Position numbers and translations under genes: made by a program. Shown in pieces: positions 41,701 through 49,123 of a stretch of DNA of 64,000 nucleotides; the stretch's first letter is position 1; each line of letters starts with the position of its first letter. The stretch comes from Flavobacterium sp. (GTDB lineage: Bacteria; Bacteroidota; Bacteroidia; Flavobacteriales; Flavobacteriaceae), in contig NZ_JBCNKR010000006.1 of the NCBI RefSeq assembly GCF_039595935.1, forward strand, positions 1,693,284 through 1,757,283, in the 5' to 3' direction. The notes under the pieces were generated by a model that searched no databases, had not been told where the DNA came from, and worked only from the letters and a program-made list of their open reading frames with translations.

Positions 41701-41740
41701 AATTTTGAATTTTACAGCTCTATTTTTCTCTAATTTGATT

Positions 41741-43117
41741 TTAGACTAAGAAATGTTTTTTAAAATATACTTTTCCGGGATGCTTTTCTGCATAAGTAAA
41801 AATCAACTGTTCGATATATTGATTGCTTTTATAAGGCGTAACATAATTTTTTACGTCTGAAGGTTCATGAATCGAAATATCCGAAGGAAGATATCCCATG
41901 CCATAAAAATGCCCGTTTTCAATCCAGACACAGCTGCGTTCTTCTTTTGATTTTCCTTTATCAATAATCGCAAAAGTAGGTCTGTTATTTAAGAGATAAT
42001 CAATTGCGTTATCGACTTGTGCATTGTGCATGATAACATCAGGAAGACTTTTTACTTCATTATTATAGAAAAATTCTCCTTCATTTTTTGAATATTTGCA
42101 GAAACGATGATCGATTTCAAAACGTTCAGCCAGATTACGAAGTAAATTAATACCTTCATGCAAACTGCTGAATTCATGAATGCAGACCTGAAATTTACTT
42201 ACTTTCCCGATAGCCAGATATTTATAACCATTTCGGGCTTCATATTGATAGATGCCAAATTTGGCTTCAAAACGTTTTAAGGCTCTGTTGTAAGTTGGCC
42301 AGAGTTTTTTGATTTCGGTACATTCCAGTAAAAGCGCCATTAATTCGGTAGCGCATACTTCAAAAGAAATTCCATGAATATCTCTTAAAAAATGCTGTCT
42401 CTGCGGATTGATATTGTTTCCGCTGAAATGCGAGGCGACACGTTTTTTCAGATTAATAGCTTTTCCAACATAAATCACTTTTTTTGCCTGATTATAGAAA
42501 TAATAAACACCTGGTTTTTCGGGTAAATTATTAAAATCATCTGGTGGAAGGTTAGGAGGCAAACGCTGATCCTGAGCCGTTTTTTTGATCATTTTTTCGA
42601 TTTCTCCGGCATCATCCCATTCCATTAAAAGAGAAAATAATAACGCTGTAGCATCTGCATCTCCGCCGGCACGATGTCGGTTTTCTAAATTGATATTTAA
42701 AGAATTACAAAGATTTCCTAAACTATAAGAACCTAATCCCGGTTTGATTTTTCGGGCTGCACGAACGGTACAAAGTTTTTTTGCAGACCATTTAAAACCA
42801 GCCTGTTCCAATTGATGATGCACAAACGAATAGTCAAAGTTTACGTTATGAGCAACAAAAATACGATCTGTCAGCATTTCGAGAACTTTCTCAGAAATAT
42901 CATCAAAGATTGGCGCATTGGCTACCATTTCGTTATCAATACCCGTTAATCCAAAAATAGAAGGAGGAATGTCCTGTTGAGGATTTACAAGAGTTTCATA
43001 ACGCTCCAATACATTTTTGCCATCATGAATAATGATCGCAATTTCTGTAATGCGGCTGCCACTGGCATTTCCGCCTGTGGTTTCAATATCGACTATAGCA
43101 TATTCCGTATTTTTCAT
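41741..43117 (-). CDS. DEDDh epsilon-type 3'-5' exonuclease fused to a GIY-YIG (UvrC/Cho-like) nuclease domain
   Basis: 458 aa; Exo motifs AIVDIETTG, AHNVNFDYSF, HRAGGDADATA; then PEKPGVYYFYN..KVIYVGKAINLKKR. Confidence 0.8.
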   Translation of the reverse strand: MKNTEYAIVDIETTGGNASGSRITEIAIIIHDGKNVLERYETLVNPQQDIPPSIFGLTGIDNEMVANAPIFDDISEKVLEMLTDRIFVAHNVNFDYSFVHHQLEQAGFKWSAKKLCTVRAARKIKPGLGSYSLGNLCNSLNINLENRHRAGGDADATALLFSLLMEWDDAGEIEKMIKKTAQDQRLPPNLPPDDFNNLPEKPGVYYFYNQAKKVIYVGKAINLKKRVASHFSGNNINPQRQHFLRDIHGISFEVCATELMALLLECTEIKKLWPTYNRALKRFEAKFGIYQYEARNGYKYLAIGKVSKFQVCIHEFSSLHEGINLLRNLAERFEIDHRFCKYSKNEGEFFYNNEVKSLPDVIMHNAQVDNAIDYLLNNRPTFAIIDKGKSKEERSCVWIENGHFYGMGYLPSDISIHEPSDVKNYVTPYKSNQYIEQLIFTYAEKHPGKVYFKKHFLV

Positions 43118-43121
43118 CTGT

Positions 43122-43148
43122 ATATAACGTAAAATGTTTTATTTCTGT
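43122..43148 (-). promoter_or_regulatory. candidate operator copy J (ACAGAAATAAAACATTTTACGTTATAT) directly upstream of the exonuclease ATG
   Basis: About 23 of 27 positions (hand alignment, 2 indels) shared with copy I at 45007-45031. Confidence 0.35.
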
Positions 43149-43155
43149 TGTTTAA

Positions 43156-44415
43156 CTAAGCTTTGACTATAATAACATCTTTGAGTAAAGTCGAAAACTT
43201 AGGAGATAATCTGTTTTGCCTCATTTTCCATTGCCGCCCTAAAGACTGTACACCGAATTTAATTTTGTTGTTGCCATAATCCCGGTTCATTTTATCAATT
43301 ACATTCATTAAAGGCTGATGTTTAGGATTTGAAGTATTGAACAGATTCAGTTGTGTTTCGCTGTTTGGCGTTAAACCCATTACAATTACACCGGCTTTTT
43401 TATAACGATAGCCTTTTTTAAAAATAGCTTTAAATCCTTTTTGCGCCGCTGCATTCAATTCTATCGTAGAATTGGTTGGGAAATCGGTTGTAATGGTAAT
43501 ACTTCGTGAATAATGCGATTCTTCATTCTTTATAAAACTCGTCTGTATAAAAACCGTTACCATATTACAATGACAGTTCTGACGCCTTAATTTTTCGGCA
43601 CAAGAAGCGGTAAACGTGCTGATTCGTTCTGATATTTCTTCATAAGTGGTATATCTTTTTTCGAAAGATCTTGTTGTGGCAATCATTTTTCGGTCTGCAG
43701 CTTCTTCTAAATCTAAAGTTGGTTTTCCTTCTAATTCATGTTTCAATCGCAGTCCTACAACCGACATTTCTTTTCTGACCCAGGCATCTGGTAGTTGGGT
43801 AAATTGATAAGCCGTATTAACTTTTTTGGCTTTAAGTCGTTTAGCGTGCTTTCTTCCAATTCCCCATACATCTTCAATTTTAGCCCATTTTAAGGCTTTA
43901 ATTCTTTTTTCTTCCGAGTCAATGCAATAAACGTTTTGCGTACGATCTGCAAATTTTCGGGCAATTTTATTCGCCATTTTTGCCAAAGCTTTGGTTGGCG
44001 CAAAACCTATGCTAACAGGAATGCCTGTTCCTTGTGTGACTTCTTTTCGCATTTTCAGCCCCAGTGCATTCAGATCAAATAAATCGTAACCAGAGAATTT
44101 TAGGAAAGCTTCGTCGATGCTATAGATTTCGATTTCAGGAGTATAATTTCGAAGTAAATTCATTACCCGATTGCTCATATCGCCGTACAACGGATAATTG
44201 GAAGAATAAACAAAAATGTTCTTTTCCTTAAAAATAGATTCGTATTTAAAAGCAGGAATTGCCATTGGTATACCCAAAGCTTTAGCCTCGTCAGAACGCG
44301 AAATAACACAGCCGTCATTGTTTGAGAGAATAACGATAGGTTTTCCTCTTAAATGCGGTTCAAATACTCTTTGGCAAGAAGCATAAAAATTGTTACAATC
44401 GACTAAAGCAAACAT
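43156..44415 (-). CDS. umuC: Y-family translesion DNA polymerase UmuC
   Basis: 419 aa; MFALVDCNNFYASCQRVF, SNNDGCVI, SIDEAFL motifs. Confidence 0.9.
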   Translation of the reverse strand: MFALVDCNNFYASCQRVFEPHLRGKPIVILSNNDGCVISRSDEAKALGIPMAIPAFKYESIFKEKNIFVYSSNYPLYGDMSNRVMNLLRNYTPEIEIYSIDEAFLKFSGYDLFDLNALGLKMRKEVTQGTGIPVSIGFAPTKALAKMANKIARKFADRTQNVYCIDSEEKRIKALKWAKIEDVWGIGRKHAKRLKAKKVNTAYQFTQLPDAWVRKEMSVVGLRLKHELEGKPTLDLEEAADRKMIATTRSFEKRYTTYEEISERISTFTASCAEKLRRQNCHCNMVTVFIQTSFIKNEESHYSRSITITTDFPTNSTIELNAAAQKGFKAIFKKGYRYKKAGVIVMGLTPNSETQLNLFNTSNPKHQPLMNVIDKMNRDYGNNKIKFGVQSLGRQWKMRQNRLSPKFSTLLKDVIIVKA

Positions 44416-44443
44416 TTTTAAATGTGTTATTTATTTCTATTTT

Positions 44444-44507
44444 GTCAGTCTGAGCGAAGTCGAAGACCTTTTATTTTATGAAGCACTTCGACTTCGCTCA
44501 GTGTGAC
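44444..44507. repeat. 22-bp-arm hairpin element inside the umuD-umuC spacer
   Basis: GTCAGTCTGAGCGAAGTCGAAG ... CTTCGACTTCGCTCAGTGTGAC (20 of 22 complementary), 20-nt loop, no T-run on either strand. Confidence 0.8.
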
Positions 44508-44514
44508 ATTAAAC

Positions 44515-44964
44515 TCAAAAAGTTTTAATGCTGTGGGTTACAATTCCCCAAATCACAAAATTATTTTCGGGAGTTACTTTTATAGGTTTATAATCTTCAT
44601 TTTCGGCAATAAGCCAGATAACGTCTTTTTCTATTCGAATGCGTTTTACGGTAAATTCGCCATCGACTTGGCACACAGCAATTTTATTATTTTGAGGTTC
44701 CAGACTTTTATCAATAATCAATAGATCACCATCATTGATACCAACATTTTTCATGGAATGCCCTTTTACTCTGGCAAAATAAGTAGTGTATTGATGTCTG
44801 ATTAATTCTTTATTAAGATCAATCGATAATTCGATAAAGTCATCAGCAGGTGAAGGAAAGCCGGCACTTATACCAACATCAAAAAAAGGAATTTTTACAT
44901 CCGAACTTAAATCAGGGATGTAAAAGGCTGTTAATTTTGTGGTATTTGTATTTTTCAATTTCAT
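44515..44964 (-). CDS. umuD: UmuD-like S24 autopeptidase (Pol V accessory subunit)
   Basis: 149 aa from the first ATG (track start 44994 is TTG); Ala-Gly site (ISAGFPSP), Ser (GHSM) and Lys (VKRI) dyad. Confidence 0.85.
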   Translation of the reverse strand: MKLKNTNTTKLTAFYIPDLSSDVKIPFFDVGISAGFPSPADDFIELSIDLNKELIRHQYTTYFARVKGHSMKNVGINDGDLLIIDKSLEPQNNKIAVCQVDGEFTVKRIRIEKDVIWLIAENEDYKPIKVTPENNFVIWGIVTHSIKTF

Positions 44965-44996
44965 AATCACTCCCAAAAGGCGTTTTTTATACAAAA

Positions 44997-45004
44997 CAAA
45001 ATTA
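44997..45004 (-). promoter_or_regulatory. -7 box TAATTTTG for umuD
   Basis: Exact TAnnTTTG match on the minus strand 33 nt upstream of ATG 44964. Confidence 0.5.
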
Positions 45005-45006
45005 GT

Positions 45007-45031
45007 ACAGATAATAACATTTTATGTATAT
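45007..45031 (+). promoter_or_regulatory. candidate operator copy I (ACAGATAATAACATTTTATGTATAT) in the divergent promoter
   Basis: Overlaps the -7 box of the repressor gene; similar to copy J at 43122-43148. Confidence 0.35.
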
Positions 45032-45034
45032 TTG
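45027..45034 (+). promoter_or_regulatory. -7 box TATATTTG for the HTH-S24 gene
   Basis: Exact TAnnTTTG match 27 nt upstream of ATG 45061. Confidence 0.55.
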
Positions 45035-45060
45035 CTGTTCCAAATTATAACAAATTTATT

Positions 45061-45834
45061 ATGTCCTTATTTTCAGACAACATCAGAGCATTAAGGGTTA
45101 AGCATAAAATATCACAGGAGAAATTAGCTGAAAACCTGATGATTACCCGAGGAAGATACGTGAAATACGAAGACGGAACTTCGGAAGCACCGTATGATAT
45201 TTTAAAAAAGATTGCATTATATTTTCATATGAGTATTGACTTGATATTATCTGTCGATATACGTAAAATTGATGTGCAAAATTTGATAAAACTGGAAGGC
45301 AACCGACTTATTTTACCAATTCAGGTTGATAGTTTTGGAGAAAATTATATTGAAATTGTATCTCAAAAAGCAAAAGCAGGTTATCTAAACGGATATGCTG
45401 ATCCTGAATATATAGAAAGTTTACAGCAGATTACACTTCCTTTTTTAGGTCCAGGAAAACATCGCGGATTTCCTGTTGAAGGTGATTCGATGCCTCCACA
45501 CGAAGATGGTTCTATTATTATTGGTCGTTATGTGGAAAAGCTGGGAGAGGTGATGGACGGAAAAACTTATATTCTTATTACTAAGAATGAAGGAATGGTG
45601 TATAAACGTCTCAATAAAAACAAAAAGAACGCTTTGGTTTTAGAATCAGATAATAGTTTTTATCCAAATTATGAAGTAAAAGCTTCTGATATTCTGGAGA
45701 TTTGGGAATATGAATGTAATATTGGCCGTTCGGATAAAAAACAAGAAACAACGGAAACCGGAGCAATGAAAGATTTGCTTTTAGAATTAAAAAGAGAAGT
45801 TAGAGAGATTAAGAATAATACTTCGAATACATAA
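45061..45834 (+). CDS. XRE/CI-type HTH + S24 peptidase repressor (non-canonical LexA-like)
   Basis: 257 aa; HTH ISQEKLAENLMITRGRYVKYEDG, Ala-Gly (KAKAGY), GDSM serine and YKRL lysine. Confidence 0.8.
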   Translation: MSLFSDNIRALRVKHKISQEKLAENLMITRGRYVKYEDGTSEAPYDILKKIALYFHMSIDLILSVDIRKIDVQNLIKLEGNRLILPIQVDSFGENYIEIVSQKAKAGYLNGYADPEYIESLQQITLPFLGPGKHRGFPVEGDSMPPHEDGSIIIGRYVEKLGEVMDGKTYILITKNEGMVYKRLNKNKKNALVLESDNSFYPNYEVKASDILEIWEYECNIGRSDKKQETTETGAMKDLLLELKREVREIKNNTSNT

Positions 45835-45844
45835 TTTTCTCCGC

Positions 45845-45888
45845 CACGAATTCACGAATTACTTTAAATTAAAATTCGTGAATTCGTG
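45845..45888. repeat. 16-bp perfect inverted repeat built from a doubled word
   Basis: CACGAATTCACGAATT ... AATTCGTGAATTCGTG, 12-nt loop, 11 nt after the repressor stop. Confidence 0.8.
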
Positions 45889-45900
45889 ACTAAAAAATTA

Positions 45901-45945
45901 CACAAAACCATTCAAAAATCCTTTTAATCTGTGAAATCTGTGGCT
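45901..45945 (+). repeat. dispersed word element, copy 1 (CACAAA..CATTCAAAAATC..TTTTAATCTGTG..GTGGCT)
   Basis: Resembles 47215-47262 in the same orientation. Confidence 0.6.
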
Positions 45946-45987
45946 TTAAAAAACTTTGCGACTTAGTGCCTTCGTGGCTAAAAAAAA

Positions 45988-46749
45988 CTAAAATACCTTC
46001 ACAAAGCTCAAACCATATTGCTGCCCATTATAAAAAGGTGCAATCATAGAAGTTGATTTTACTTCTGATGAAGATTTGAATAATTTCTTAGTGATATACG
46101 GATTCATCCAATACGCAATTTTTGTACTCAAAATCCCGATTCCGGCTCCGGCAGCAACATCAGTCAGCCAATGACGATTGTTGTAAATTCTGAAAAGTCC
46201 CGTTCCGGTTGCGACAGCATAACCCGCAATTCCGTACCAAATCGATTTGTCTTTGTATTCCTGCCATAAAAATTCGGCTCCGGCAAAAGCGGTGGCGGTA
46301 TGTCCGGAAGGGAAAGAGTTGTTCGAACTTCCATCCGGCCTTTCTTCATGTACAATCGATTTTAAGCTCAGAACCGTCGTTGCCATAATCGCATATGAAG
46401 TCACAAATATTACAGAACGGTCACGCATATTATTTTTGCCTTTTACGCCAAAAGCATTCAACGCATATACAGATGCGGCAGGTGCGTACTGAGAGAAATC
46501 ATCAATGGTGATTTTCTCGTCAATGTCTTCAGTAACTTCTTTTTTGATTTGAGAATTAAAACTCAAAAGTTGATCACTTTTTAAACCAATTACACCATAA
46601 CCAATCAAAACCGACGGAATGATCAATTGTTTGTAATGGAATTTTAATTGATGTGAAGTACTGTCAATTTTTGTAATCGAATCATTTTGCTGTGCATTCG
46701 CAGAAAATAACCCGAACAGGAATACCAGAGAAATTGTTTTGTGGAACAT
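45988..46749 (-). CDS. PAP2-family phosphatase
   Basis: 253 aa from the first ATG (track start 46773 is TTG); signal peptide; HEERPDG, PSGHTA, NNRHWLTDV motifs. Confidence 0.85.
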   Translation of the reverse strand: MFHKTISLVFLFGLFSANAQQNDSITKIDSTSHQLKFHYKQLIIPSVLIGYGVIGLKSDQLLSFNSQIKKEVTEDIDEKITIDDFSQYAPAASVYALNAFGVKGKNNMRDRSVIFVTSYAIMATTVLSLKSIVHEERPDGSSNNSFPSGHTATAFAGAEFLWQEYKDKSIWYGIAGYAVATGTGLFRIYNNRHWLTDVAAGAGIGILSTKIAYWMNPYITKKLFKSSSEVKSTSMIAPFYNGQQYGLSFVKVF

Positions 46750-46910
46750 TGTTTTTGTAGTTATATTTTGCAATAGTAACGAATGTTCTAAGCTGGTATT
46801 TTGGTCTTAATTGAACCTTAAGCGAAATTTAATCTGTTGGTTTTGAAAAGGATAGTTGTATTAAGATTGGCTAAATTATTACAGAAAAAAGCATTGTAAA
46901 TATTGTGTAA

Positions 46911-47036
46911 TCCCTACGGGATAAATATATGTGGGCAGAAATTTTTTCTACCAATATATAATCTCTACGAGATACTCCTTTAGGAGTTAAATATTGGTAG
47001 AAAAAAAATATAAATTACAAGAAAGTCCCGTAGGGA
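46911..47036. repeat. three-level nested palindrome (126 bp)
   Basis: Outer TCCCTACGGGA/TCCCGTAGGGA, middle TTTTCTACCAATAT/ATATTGGTAGAAAA, inner ACTCC-TTTA-GGAGT; also ATCTC-TAC-GAGAT. Confidence 0.85.
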
Positions 47037-47040
47037 CGAT

Positions 47041-47153
47041 CCATATTGTAGGGCTGGATTTCAATCCAGTCTAATTATGAATTGAGCCTACCGGCTTTTT
47101 TGTATTGCGGAATTTCTTTGTCAACCGGATTGAAATCCGGCCCTACAATATGG
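47041..47153. repeat. MITE-like element with 27-bp terminal inverted repeats
   Basis: CCATATTGTAGGGCTGGATTTCAATCC ... GGATTGAAATCCGGCCCTACAATATGG (26 of 27), 59-bp core; each arm contains its own mini-hairpin. Confidence 0.8.
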
Positions 47154-47214
47154 TTCGAGCCGATGGCTCTTTATTAATATAATTCGTGAAAATTTGAATT
47201 TGTGGTAAATAAAA

Positions 47215-47262
47215 CCACACAAAGTCATTCAGAAATCTGTTTAATCCTTTTAATCTGTGGCT
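47215..47262 (+). repeat. dispersed word element, copy 2
   Basis: CCACACAAAGTCATTCAGAAATCTGTTTAATCCTTTTAATCTGTGGCT, abutting the kinase stop codon. Confidence 0.6.
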
Positions 47263-47267
47263 AAAAT

Positions 47268-48986
47268 CTAAGCTTTCAACGAAAACCAAAACGTACTTCC
47301 TAATCCCAAGTTACTCTCAACACCAACACTTCCGTTTTGAGCTTCGATAAATTCTTTGCTTATCGCCAAACCTAATCCCGTGCCGGATTTCTGACTTCCC
47401 GGAACCTGAAAATATTTATCAAAAACCCTGTCTTTATATCTCGTGTCAATTCCTTTTCCGGTGTCGATAACTTGAAATACAATTTGATTGTTTTCTTTTT
47501 TTAGTTTGATGTGAATCGTACTTTTTTCAGATGAATACCGAATCGCATTCGATAAATAATTAATTAAAACCCAGCCTGTTTTTTCGCTGTCGGCTTTTAC
47601 TTCGGTTAAGTTTTCATCGGCATGAACAATTAACTGAATCTGTTTTTGATCAGCTTGAACTTTTACCGCTTCAACAGCATAATTTACAATTTGATGCGGG
47701 TTGCTTTTCTCAATATTCAGTTGAATATTTCCAGTTTCCAATTGCGATAAATTGAGTAATTCTCCCGTAATTTTCAATAATCGCTGACTATCATCTTTAA
47801 TGCTTTCCACCAATTGTTTCTGATCGTCGTTCATATCGCCTGTTTTAGCATTTTCAAGCAATTGAAGACTTAATTTTATAGACGCAATTGGTGTTTTTAA
47901 TTCGTGTGAAACTGTGGCAATAAAATTAGTTTTGGCAAAATCCAGTTCTTTAAAAAGTGTAATATTTCGCAGAATAATTACATCGCCAATATTGATTTCT
48001 TTTTCTTCTCCCGTTGGAACTATGGTAATTTTCAGAATTTCTTTTTCAAAATAACTTTCCTTTCCGTTAGCAAAGATTTTCAGAGGCTGTTTTTTAGGAG
48101 TATCTGAATCTTCTTTTAAAATTAAAGAGCGAATTAAATCATTTGATAAAGCCAATTCCGAAGCTGATTTACCAATAACATCTTCCAGTTTCAAACCAAT
48201 AATTTTCAGAGCTTCATCATTGGCAAACAAAACAATATTTTCATTATCCAAACCAATAATCGGATCATTCATATTATTGATAAGAGTTTCTAGACGTTTC
48301 TTTTCAAAAAAGAGTTTATACAAATTACTGTCATTATATTCCTGAAGTTTCTGCGCCATCGTATTGAACGATTTTGCAAGATCGCCAAATTCGCTATGAC
48401 TTGTAAAATGAACTCTTTCAGAATAATTTTTATTCGCAATTTCCTTAATACTCAGCGTTAACTCTTTTATAGGATTGGCAATATTATTCGGCAGATTCAC
48501 CAGCAGATTAAAAGCAATTAAAAAGCATAAAGTCCCGACAATTGCAATCCATAAATTAGCATTTTCTGCCGTATGTTTGGCAATATCGCTTTTCTGTTTT
48601 ATGGCATCGAGATTCAGCTTCATAATAGCAAAAATATCCTGCCTGATTTGCGTTTTTAAAGCTTCATTCGAACCGTTCTTTTCTAAAAGCGCAAAGCTTT
48701 TTTCAAGGTTTGCTGTAGCTTCTTTTTCTCCGGGCTCGGTAACATTTTGCGTTTGTTTTTCAAGATATTCTTTAAAAACAAGAATCTTATTGTCGTCATT
48801 CATTTTAATTTCATCCAAAGACAAAATCATATTTCGGGAATATTCAAGCGTATTATAATTTGCTTTCAGAATATTCTCTGTATCTGCTTTGATCAAAAAA
48901 ACAGAATATCCGCTAACCAGCGAAAGTATAATGATCATTAAAAATAACAATCCAACACCCAGATTCAATTTGGTTTTAATTCTCAT
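47268..48986 (-). CDS. HAMP/PAS sensor histidine kinase (kinase half of a split KdpD)
   Basis: 572 aa; two TM helices, HAMP, PAS-like segment, H-box VSHELKTPIASI, HATPase (DTGKGI, GTGLGLAISK); last gene of the kdp run. Confidence 0.8.
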   Translation of the reverse strand: MRIKTKLNLGVGLLFLMIIILSLVSGYSVFLIKADTENILKANYNTLEYSRNMILSLDEIKMNDDNKILVFKEYLEKQTQNVTEPGEKEATANLEKSFALLEKNGSNEALKTQIRQDIFAIMKLNLDAIKQKSDIAKHTAENANLWIAIVGTLCFLIAFNLLVNLPNNIANPIKELTLSIKEIANKNYSERVHFTSHSEFGDLAKSFNTMAQKLQEYNDSNLYKLFFEKKRLETLINNMNDPIIGLDNENIVLFANDEALKIIGLKLEDVIGKSASELALSNDLIRSLILKEDSDTPKKQPLKIFANGKESYFEKEILKITIVPTGEEKEINIGDVIILRNITLFKELDFAKTNFIATVSHELKTPIASIKLSLQLLENAKTGDMNDDQKQLVESIKDDSQRLLKITGELLNLSQLETGNIQLNIEKSNPHQIVNYAVEAVKVQADQKQIQLIVHADENLTEVKADSEKTGWVLINYLSNAIRYSSEKSTIHIKLKKENNQIVFQVIDTGKGIDTRYKDRVFDKYFQVPGSQKSGTGLGLAISKEFIEAQNGSVGVESNLGLGSTFWFSLKA

Positions 48987-49009
48987 GACGTTTATTTAAA
49001 AACAAGTTT

Positions 49010-49106
49010 TTTTTATTTGAACCATTAAGATATTAAGGAAATTAAGCTTTAAACTTAATGAAACTTACAAAGAGAAAATTAAGCATAGCCTTTATTGACT
49101 TAATAT
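49010..49106. repeat. 18-bp perfect inverted repeat element
   Basis: AACCATTAAGATATTAAG ... CTTAATATCTTAATGGTT, 61-bp core rich in TTAAG/CTTAA words. Confidence 0.85.
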
Positions 49107-49123
49107 CTTAATGGTTAGAAAAA

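Noticed and set aside
44503-44724. 73-aa + strand ORF overlapping umuD.
   Set aside because: It is antisense to a gene with clear S24 motifs, and its start lies inside the hairpin repeat.
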